64,000 bases of DNA from an uncultured delta proteobacterium (GTDB lineage: Bacteria > Desulfobacterota > WTBG01 > CAIYCZ01 > CAIRTM01), in assembly GCA_963804955.1 (NCBI GenBank), contig CAWDSQ010000001.1, positions 32,001 through 96,000 on the forward strand, written 5' to 3'. The notes below the pieces were generated by a model. The model saw only the letters and a list, made by a program, of their open reading frames with translations, had not been told where the DNA came from and did no database searches. Positions 54,842 through 64,000 of the stretch are shown piece after piece (positions within the stretch are counted from its first letter, which is position 1; each line of letters opens with the position of its first letter). A program made the position numbers and the translations under genes.

Positions 54842-56826
54842 TTAGTCGAGACTGTCGGATGAGTCCTTTATAAGCTCTTCAATGGCAGGTTGCTCGGTAT
54901 CCGACAGCCTGTTATGGCGCGCCAGATCTTCTGCAACATCCGCCATGCCGATTTCCTGCAGCCTCTTGCGCGTGGGAAGCCCGTTCTGCGAGCAGCCCCG
55001 GTACACATAATACTCATCCAGCATGCCCGGAAGGTCGATGGGGTTTTCTTCTCCGCGCAGGGTTCCCTGTCTCGTGTCATCTTTTCGATCTAATGCCCTG
55101 CAGAGCATTGAAGCAGCGCTCAATCTGATAGGCCCGCTCGGCAGAGGCGAACAGATCATGCGCATTCCGGCCGGTTATGGTCTGGTACATCTCGCGCATT
55201 TCTTTGATCATGATCAGCGGATCGCACCAGACATTGGAATTAATGACGGGCAGGAAACACAGCCCGAGGCAGTCCAGCACCATCTTATAGTTTTCCTGCC
55301 ACCAGACAACTCTGCCTTTTGCCACGGGGCTTGTATGATCGCCGGCTTCGGGCGGCACATCCTTGCCGAACATTTTTTCCAGCATTTCCGTGTGGCCGAT
55401 GATAGAGGCAAAGGGATGGCCCTTCAGATGGTCGCCGCCGCGGGCGGCAACAGATGATGCAAGGCTCATTGGCAGGGCATAGGTGCAGCTGAAGGGAAAC
55501 GACATGCCCTTGGTATGCGATCCGTACGGCACGGCCTCAGGGCCTATTTTTTCCCCCATCTCGCGGGCGCTTTCGGCAAGCAGGTTGCCGAAGCCCTCGC
55601 GCCGCGCCGTCTGCAACGAGCAGCTTTTCAATTGCCGCTGCATCGCCCCAGCCAAGCTGTATCCCGCCGAGTTCCTCAGAGCTTAAAATGCCGCGCTGAA
55701 AGCATTCCATGGCTGTTGCCATATTGTAGCCGAACTGTATGCAGTCCAGGCCCAGCCGGTTGCAGATATCGGCAACATGAAGCATCGTAGCAAAATCAAA
55801 AACGCCGATACAGGGGCCCAGGCTGAGCAGGTGCCCGTATTCGACCTTATCGCCTGTATCGCCCTTGTACGGACCTTCTTTTATTTCCCATTTCTGGCTG
55901 CAGGCAACCGGGCAGCCGTAGCAGGCGGTCTGGCCGGTTTTAAACGTCCCGGTGAACAGGTCAAGATCATAGGCGTCAAGCTGCTCTTTGGTCAGGGGCT
56001 CCTGCTCGTTTTTAACGCGGGTGTGCTCGGCTATCTGGGAGAAGTTCGTAAGCGTGCCGTACTGCCGCTTGAGCGTGGTGCCCGGCCCTTTAAGCCAGAC
56101 GTCGCGATAATATTTTGCAAGCTTCTTTGTTGCCTGTTCGTCGGCTGTCGGCACCGCGCTCAGATGTTCGCCGACCTTGATGATAATGGCCTTCAGATTC
56201 TTGGAGCCCATGACGCAGCCCATGCCGGTACGGCCGTTGGTGCTCGTGCGCCTGGTGCCCGAAAGGATATTGGCGTAGCGCACCAGGTTTTCCCCGGCCG
56301 GACCGATCCTCAGTGTTTCGCAGTCGCCATAGAGTTCATGGAGCTTTGTATCGGTTGCATAGGTATCGAGGCCCCAGACATCACGGGCATCGACTATGCG
56401 GGGTATGTGCCCCGGCTCGATCAGCAGAGCCGAGGGCTTGTCCGCCCTGCCCTGAATAATGATATGGTCATAGCCTGCCTGCTTGAGCCGCACCGGAAAC
56501 CAGCCTCCTGCATTGCTGTCGCCGAAAATGCCGGTAAGCGGGCTTTTTGCCGTTACCGTGAAACGGCTGGCGCAGGGAAACCGCGTGCCCACCAGCGGAC
56601 CGCAGCCGATAATGAGCGGGTTGCCGGGAGCCAGGGCATCGGCACGGGGATCGTCAATCATGAGATCGTAGAGCAGCCGCGCATTGATGCCCGAGCCGCC
56701 TATATAGCCGTCCATATACTTTGCGGATAATTCTTCTTCCCATATCCGCGATGTCGAAAGATCAGCCCGCAGAATTTTTCCTCTCCAGCCGAAAACTTTT
56801 TTATTTTCATCGTGGTGCTGATTCAT
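54842..56826 (-). CDS. aor: Aldehyde:ferredoxin oxidoreductase (AOR/WOR family; frameshifted)
   Basis: GKILRADLS, AKSPLTG, IGPAGE, GRTGMGCVMGSKNLKAI, CYGCPVAC, RGGDHL, DCLGLC, YY..RG...G.P. Confidence 0.9.
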
Positions 56827-56991
56827 CGGTTCCTCCTGCGCTGATCTATAGCGCCGCGTGGTGTTTGATTACGCATATAAGATTACCACATATTTCATGC
56901 GGGTATAAGAAAAAACCGGGGCTCTACTGACGGTGCTGTTTCGCAGGAGATTTCTACCTGTGGCAGGTTGAGAACGATACGGTCAGGCCGA

Positions 56992-57033
56992 TAAAAAAGC
57001 CCTGCACGGATTTTGTCCGTGCAGGGCTTTTTA
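56992..57033. terminator. Bidirectional intrinsic terminator downstream of ppdK
   Basis: AAAAAAGCCCTGCACGGA-TTTTG-TCCGTGCAGGGCTTTTT. Confidence 0.85.
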
Positions 57034-57071
57034 TTTTTAACAGGGCAGACACGCAGGTCTGCCCCTACAAA

Positions 57072-59826
57072 TTACTTCTTTTTTGCTTTCGGGGCTGCCT
57101 TTTTCACCGCACCCGCCTTGATGGCGGCCTGGGCCGCGGCAAGGCGCGCGATAGGCACGCGGAAAGGCGAGCAGCTCACATAGTTGAGGCCCACCTTGTT
57201 GCAGAAGGCAACCGATGCGGGCTCGCCGCCCTGCTCGCCGCAGATGCCGACCTTCAGGTCCTTGCGGGTGGAGCGGCCTTTCTCGACGGCCATTTTGATA
57301 AGCTGGCCAACGCCGTCCTGATCGATGGTCTGAAACGGGTCGGCCGGGAGCAGCTTCTTGTCGAGATAGTCGGGCAGGAATCCGCCGATGTCATCGCGGC
57401 TGAAGCCGAAGCTCATCTGCGTGAGGTCATTGGTGCCGAAGGAGAAGAATTCGGACTCAACCGCCAGACGGTCTGCGAGCAGGGCCGCCCGCGGAATTTC
57501 GATCATGGTGCCGACCATGTGCGGTATTTCCTTCACGCCCATTTTTTTGCAGACTTCTGCATGCACGCGGGCGATGATCTGCTTCTGATGCTTGATCTCG
57601 CTTGCATCGCAGGTGACCGGAACCATAATTTCCGGCTTGCACTTCTTTTTAGCCTTATTGAGCTCGGCCGCAGCCTCAAGAATGGCGCGCACCTGCATTT
57701 CGGTAACTTCAGGAAAGGTGACGCCCAGGCGCACGCCGCGGTGGCCCATCATGGGGTTTGACTCGTGGAGTGCTTCGCCGCGCTTGCGCACGTCCTCGAC
57801 CTTGATGCTCGAGTGCTTTTGCAAGCTCTGCCTGCTTGTCGGCGCTCTGGGGCACAAACTCATGCAGGGGCGGATCAAGCAGCCGGATGGTCACGGGCAG
57901 ACCTTCCATGGCGTTCATCGTATTCTTGATATCGCGCTTCACGAAAACGGACAGCTCATTTAAGGCTTTGCGGCGCTCTGCCTCGGTTGAGCTTAAAATC
58001 ATTTTCCGGAGCAGAAACAGGGGCTTCTCCGACCCGACGCCGTAGAACATATGCTCGGTGCGGAACAGGCCGATGCCTTCGGCGCCGAAGGCGCGGGCGA
58101 TTTTGGCATCTGCCGGCGTATCGGCATTGGTGCGCACGCCCAGGGTGCGGTACTTATCGACAATCTGCATGAACTTTTGAAAGCGGGGATTTTCCGAGGC
58201 ATCGATCATGGGCAGCTGGCCCTGATAGGCGACTGCCCAGCGTGCCGTTCAGGGTAATCCAGTCGCCTTCCTTGAAGGTCATGCCCTTGACGGTCATTTT
58301 CTTTGCCGATACCGAGGCATGCACTTCTCCTGCGCCGACAATGCAGCACTTGCCCCAGCCGCGGGCAACAAGGGCCGCATGGCTGGTCATGCCGCCGCGG
58401 GCCGTTAGAACGCCCTGGGCCGCGCGCATGCCTTCAACGTCTTCGGGGTTGGTCTCTTCGCGCACAAGAATCACCTTTTTGCCCTGCTTGTGCATCTTCA
58501 CCGCCTCTTCTGCCGTGAACACGATATGGCCGGTAGCGCCGCCGGGACCTGCGGGAAGGCCGCGGGTAATGACCTTGGCCTTTTTCTCGGCAGCCGGATC
58601 GACAAAGGGGTGCAGCAGCTGGTCAAGATGCGCGGGCTCGACGCGGCCGATGAGCGGTCTTCTCATCAATCAGTTTTTCAGCCAGCATGTCCATGGCCAT
58701 GTTGAGCGCCGCGGTGCCCGTGCGCTTGCCGTCGCGGCACTGCAGCATGTAGAGCCTGCCTTCCTGAATGGTGAACTCGATGTCCTGCATGTCGCTGTAA
58801 TGCTTTTCAAGCCTTGCCCGGAATCCCATGAGCTGCTTGTATATCGCGGGCATGACCTGCTGCAGCGACGGCAGGTGCTTGTTCTGTTCGTTTTTGGTCT
58901 CATTGTTCAGGGGGTTGGGGGTGCGGATGCCGGCCACCACGTCCTCGCCCTGGGCATTCACGAGCCACTCGCCGTAGAACTTGTTTTCGCCCGTTGCCGG
59001 GTTGCGGGTAAATGCAACGCCGGTTGCCGATGAATCGCCCATATTGCCGAACACCATGGACTGGACATTGACCGCCGTGCCCCAGTCATCGGGAATGTTT
59101 TCAATGCGGCGGTAGGAGATGGCGCGCTTGCCGTTCCAGCTTTTGAACACCGCGCCGATGCCGCCCCAGAGCTGCTTCCAGGGATCATCCGGGAAGTCTT
59201 TCTTGAGCACCTGCTTGACTTTTTTCTTGAAAGCTTCCACCAGCTTCTGCAAGATCATCGGCAGTGAGATCGGTGTCCAGCTTATAGCCCTTTTTCTTTT
59301 TATACTCGCCAAGCATTTCATCAAGCTGCTTGCGGATGCCCTTGCCTTCTCCAGGCTCGATGCCTTCGGCCTTTTCCATGACCACATCGGCATACATCAT
59401 GATGAGGCGGCGGTAGGCGTCATACACAAAGCGCGCATTGCCGGTCTTTTTGATCATGCCGGGAATGGTTTTTGAGGACAGGCCGACATTCAGCACCGTT
59501 TCCATCATGCCGGGCATGGAGGAGCGCGCGCCGGAGCGGCAGGAGATGAGCAGCGGGTTTTTCGGATCGCCGAACCCCATGCCCATGTCTCGCTCAACCT
59601 TCTTCAGAGCGGCCTTCACTTCGGCGTCAAGGCTGCCGGCATATTTGCCGCCTGCCTTGAAATAGTCGACACAGCACTCGGTGGTGATGGTGAACCCCGC
59701 GGGCACGGGCAGCCCGATCAGGCACATCTCGGCAAGGTTTGCGCCCTTGCCGCCAAGCAGTTCTTTCATCTGGGCCTTGCCTTCGGCCTTCCCCGAACCG
59801 AAATAATACACATACTTTTTAGCCAT
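57072..59826 (-). CDS. ppdK: Pyruvate, phosphate dikinase (frameshifted)
   Basis: [68 protein letters not shown]. Confidence 0.96.
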
Positions 59827-59854
59827 AATCCTGTTCCTCCTTCAATTTATGCAT

Positions 59855-61935
59855 TCATTCGATTGCTATTTTTGAAAAGTCGGCAAAATTGGTAAACAGC
59901 GAATTTATTTCGCTCAGCAGCGCAAGCCTGTTCTGCCGCACCTTCAAATCCTCGGCCATCACCAGGACATTATCAAAAAAACCGTCAACCGTTTCACGAA
60001 TGGTGGAGATAAGTCTGAGGGCGTCAAGGTACATTTTCTGGGCCATGAGCTCAAGCACCTTGTCGCGGATTTCCAGATATTTCTGGTAGAGCTTGCGCTC
60101 TGCATCATGCTCAAACACCGAGGGGTCGACGCCGGCCTCGGGCCTGCCTGATTTCAGAATATTCACAACCCGCTTGAACGACACGGACAGGGCCTCGAAG
60201 TTGGCATCCGTCTTCATCTGCTGCAGGGCTTCGATGCGGTTGCAGCTGTCGGTCAGATTGTCGATCCCGAGGGAGAGCACCGCATCCACCGCGTCATAGG
60301 AGCGAGCCCTGCGCAGTGAGCTGATTTGAAAGCCTGCCGCTGAAAAAAGCAAGCACGTCATGTATAATATCCTCTTGTGATCGCGTGATCTTTGCCGCAA
60401 GCAACTCCACGGCTGTTGCCACCAGGTCCGCCAGCGAGACAGTATATTTCTTCTGCAAAATGATATTGATGATGCCAAGACACTGCCGCCGCAGGGCATA
60501 GGGATCGGCGGCGCCGGTGGGGATAAGGCCGATGCCGAAACAGCCCGGCGATGGTGTCAAGCTTGTCTGCGATGCTCACCACGGCCCCCACATCGGTTCC
60601 GGGCAGGCCGTCGCCTGCGAACCGCGGCAGGTAATGCTCACATATTGCCTGGTAAATCGGTTCGGGCTCGCCGGCAAGGCGGGCATACTCGCGGCCCATG
60701 ATGCCCTGCAGCTCGGGAAATTCGCCGACCATTTCGCTCACGAGGTCGGCCTTGCACAGATAGGCCGCCCGCTCGACCTTGGGCTTGATCGTGGGGTTCA
60801 TGAGGGCTTCGGCCATATGCACGGCGAGAGCGCCGGAACCGCTCCATCTTTTCATAGGAGGTGCCCAGCTGCTTCTGGTAGAGCACGTTTTTCAAGGATT
60901 CGGTCATTGCCGCAAGCGACTTTTTCTGATCTTCGGCGAAAAAGAACCGGGCATCCGACAGGCGCGCCCGCAGCACCCGCTCATGGCCTTCCACGACCAC
61001 GGCAGGATTTATCACATCGGTATTATTGACGGCGATAAAGTAATTGAGCGGGCTGCCTGCAGCGTCAAGCACGGGAAAATATTTCTGGTGCTTTTTCATG
61101 GTGGTGACAAGCACCTCTTTGGGAAGCTCGAGAAACTCTTTTTCAAAGCTGCAGAGCACGGGAAAAGGCGCCTCGATGAGAAACATTACTTCCTGCAGGA
61201 GCTTGTCATCGGCATCAGGTATGCCGCCCGCCTTTTTTGGCAAGCTCGTGAAGCTTCTCGATGATCATTTTTTTGCGCTGGTTCTGATCGATGACCACCC
61301 GGGCCTTTTTCAGAGCATCCAGATACGAAGCTCTATCCGTGACCCTGACGGGCGCGGGCGCCATGAAACGGTGACCGCGCGTGGTGTCGCCGGAGTCGAT
61401 ATTGCCGTAGGTGAAGGGTACGACTGCGCCATTGAAGAGGGCCACAATCCAGTGAATGGGCCGGGCAAAGCGCGTGTCGAGATCCTTCCAGCGCATGGAT
61501 TTGGGGAAAGGCAGCTGGCTTATCACCTTCACAAAAATTTCAGGCAGCAGGCTCTGGGTCGCCACGCCCTTTTCATGCTTTTTTGCGCAGATATACTCGC
61601 CCTTGTCCGAGCTGACGATGGTCACATCATTGATATCGATGCCCTGGCCTTTGGCAAAACCAATGGCCGACTTGGTGGGCTTGCCGTTCTGCGTCAAAGG
61701 CGATATTTTTTGCAGGCCCGAGCTTTTCTGACACAAGATCCGTCTGCATCAGCGCAACCCTGGAAGCCATGAGCGCAAGGCGCCGGGGCGTGCCGAAGGT
61801 TTCGATTTCCCTGAACGCAATGCGCCGGGCGGCCAGCTCTTTTTCCATGAGCGATTTCAGGGCCGCAAGGGCATCGGGCATAAATGCCGCGGGTATTTCT
61901 TCGGTGCCGATTTCAAGCAGTATTTCTTCGGTCAT
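59855..61935 (-). CDS. glyS: Glycine--tRNA ligase beta subunit (frameshifted)
   Basis: [51 protein letters not shown]. Confidence 0.95.
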
Positions 61936-62884
61936 ACAGGGATCCTTATATAACAAAAAATAAATTTTTCCCGGTTTTTATGCAGGCCGGCCAGACCAGC
62001 CCTTGTTAAGCTTACTTGTTTGATCAGCGGAAAACCGAGCGCCTCGCGCTGGGCAAGATAGGCCTCGGCCGCAGCGCGCGCCAGATTGCGCACGCGGGCG
62101 ATATAGCCCGTGCGCTCGGTCACGCTGATGGCGCCGCGGGCATCAAGCAAATTGAACACATGGGAGCATTTCAGGCAGTAGTCATAGGCCGGCATCACCA
62201 GGCCCTTTGCTATGGTGTCTTTAAATTCCTGCTCATAGAGATTAAACAGGCGTAAACAGCATCGAGGCATTGGAGGTCTCAAAATTGTATTTGGAGTAGT
62301 CGACTTCGTTCTGGTGAAACACATCGCCATAGGTGACGCCCGGCGCCCACTCGATGTCATAGACGCTGTTCTTCTGCTGCAGGTACATGGCGATGCGCTC
62401 GATGCCGTAGGTGATCTCGGCGCATACGGGCTTTAAGTCGATGCCGCCCGCCTGCTGAAAATAGGTGAACTGGGTTATCTCCATGCCGTCGAGCCACACT
62501 TCCCAGTCCAAGGCCCCAGGCGCCAAGCGTGGGCGATTCCCAGTCGTCTTCCACGAAGCGGATATCATGCTCCAGCGGATTGATGCTCAGGCTCCGGAGG
62601 CTGTCGAGGTAAAGATCCTGAATGTCCATGGGCGAGGGCTTCATGATAACCTGGAACTGGTAGTAATGCTGCAGCCGGTTGGGATTTTCGCCGTAGCGGC
62701 CATCCTTGGGGCGGCGCGAGGGCTGTACATAGGCCACATTCCAAGGCTCGGGCCCGAGGCACCGGAGAAAGGTTGCCTGGTGAAATGTGCCCGCCCCGAC
62801 TTCCATGTCATAGGGCTGCTGCAGCACGCAGTTTTTATTGGCCCAGTAGGTTTGAAGGGCCAGTATCATTTCCTGAAGCGTCAC
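61932..62884 (-). CDS. glyQ: Glycine--tRNA ligase alpha subunit (frameshifted; true stop probably near 62012)
   Basis: [63 protein letters not shown]. Confidence 0.96.
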
Positions 62885-62914
62885 AAAAAATCCTCCTGCA
62901 ATGCATATATATAC

Positions 62915-63667
62915 TTAAGAAAGCTGCCCCAGTATTTCAAGCGACCGGGGCCGGTGGCCGATGTGAAACTCGAGAAACCTGCCGAAAATACGCCTGCTCT
63001 CATCGTGGGCAATCTGCGAAAAATAAAGCCTCGAGAGCTGTGCGAAATCAAGACCCTGGGCATGCTGAAAAAGCCGGATGGTGCCGTTTGACAGCGGCAG
63101 CAGTTCGGGCACCTGCCCCTGGCAGCGCGGGCAGACGATGCCGCCGCGATGTACGGAAAACTTGTAGCACTCCTGCAGGTTGAACTGCCCCCGGCACAGC
63201 ATGCACTGCTGAAACTGGGGCTGGTACCCGAGGTAGCAAAAGAGCCGCAGCTCAAAAAGCCGCAGCAGCTCTTCGCGAAAACCCTTCCCGATTAAAAGCC
63301 CGGTAAAAAACTGCAGCAGGTCAAAGATCTCGGGATGCGTCTCCTTCTCCGCCGTAAGCGTGTCAACCAGCTCCAGAAGGTAGCTTCCCAGCACAAGTTT
63401 TTTTACATCGGCGGCTATCTCGGGATAGGCCCGCACGATCTGACACCGCTCGAGCCGTACCAGGCCGTGCGAGTCCCTGTCGAAGAACGTCACCTGGTTA
63501 TGCGTAAACGGCTCAAGCGAGCTTCCGAACCGGCGCAGGCTTTTTTTCGCGCCCTTTGCAATACCCCGCAGCTTGCCGAAATCTCTGGAATACAGCGATA
63601 CGATCCTGTCAGATTCAGCATAATCAGTCGTGTGCAGGACAATGGCCTGTGTTGCGTGCTGCGGCAT
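62915..63667 (-). CDS. recO: DNA repair protein RecO
   Basis: DYAESDRIV..Y....GK..GIAKGAKKS, LEPF, C..C and CPRC Zn site; upstream of glyQS. Confidence 0.92.
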   Translation of the reverse strand: MPQHATQAIVLHTTDYAESDRIVSLYSRDFGKLRGIAKGAKKSLRRFGSSLEPFTHNQVTFFDRDSHGLVRLERCQIVRAYPEIAADVKKLVLGSYLLELVDTLTAEKETHPEIFDLLQFFTGLLIGKGFREELLRLFELRLFCYLGYQPQFQQCMLCRGQFNLQECYKFSVHRGGIVCPRCQGQVPELLPLSNGTIRLFQHAQGLDFAQLSRLYFSQIAHDESRRIFGRFLEFHIGHRPRSLEILGQLS

Positions 63668-63767
63668 GAAGATTTTAGAACCGCACAAGGGTTTGCGAAA
63701 TGTAATAAATTTTTATATTCCTTCTTTACACAAAAATCAATAAGATAAATCAAGTACCTGAAAAGGA

Positions 63768-63796
63768 TTGACCTTTTCATGCCAAGCGGATATTAT
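63768..63796 (+). promoter_or_regulatory. sigma70 promoter of ahcY
   Basis: TTGACC-17-TATTAT. Confidence 0.55.
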
Positions 63797-63877
63797 CATG
63801 CTGATAAGAAAGGGCGCGGTTTTAGACCTCTTTTTTCAGCCCGTTTTTTAATACATTTCTAGCATAAGGGAGATACA

Positions 63878-64000
63878 ATGAGCACATCAGGGGTTATGCA
63901 ACTGGACCTCAAACTGAAAAGCAAGGTGAAGGACATGTCTCTTGCCGGCTGGGGCCGCAGGGAGATGCAGCTTGCCGAAAAAGAAATGCCGGGCCTCATG
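63878..64000 (+). CDS. ahcY: Adenosylhomocysteinase, 5' part
   Basis: KVKDMSLAGWGRREMQLAEKEMPGLM; RBS GGGAG. Confidence 0.88.
   Translation, partial: MSTSGVMQLDLKLKSKVKDMSLAGWGRREMQLAEKEMPGLM

Noticed and set aside
57072..62884. Frameshifts in ppdK, glyS, glyQ and many other genes read as pseudogenes or programmed frameshifting
   Set aside because: They hit essential genes, are spread across the whole window and leave motifs intact, which fits uncorrected long-read indels.
63797..63877. SAH/SAM riboswitch before ahcY
   Set aside because: No recognisable conserved riboswitch core in the short leader.

Overview
The window looks like DNA from an anaerobic Desulfobacterota/Deltaproteobacteria-like bacterium; this is inferred from gene content. 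Single-base indels break many genes, including essential ones (glyQ, glyS), so most split ORFs are treated as long-read assembly errors and many gene ends are approximate. In order: DAHP synthase; an AT-rich glycan-modification region (SGNH protein, polytopic GT-C-like proteins) holding a 9-gene minus-strand sugar-nucleotide operon (GT2, epimerase, SDR, Gfo/Idh/MocA, GHMP kinase, nucleotidyltransferase, SIS isomerase, GmhB, transaldolase); a porCDAB operon running directly into a HydCBA/BfuCBA-like module with no catalytic subunit; a ~18 kb aryl-polyene/flexirubin-like lipid cluster with no ketosynthase or ACP but with two B12 radical SAMs, a DAK2-DegV fusion and an MMPL-methyltransferase fusion; toxin-antitoxin modules (Phd-VapC, HicAB, orphan BrnA); secreted proteins; an LPS-type MT/GT9/GT2 operon; AOR, ppdK, glySQ, recO and the start of ahcY. 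Intergenic regions hold REP-like palindromes, REP-in-MITE nests and heptamer-repeat elements. The best candidates for undescribed systems are a lincosamide-like GDP-octose/heptose pathway feeding lipid-linked glycosylation, a Por-coupled electron-bifurcating Bfu complex, and the KS-less aromatic lipid cluster with a fused fatty-acid kinase.
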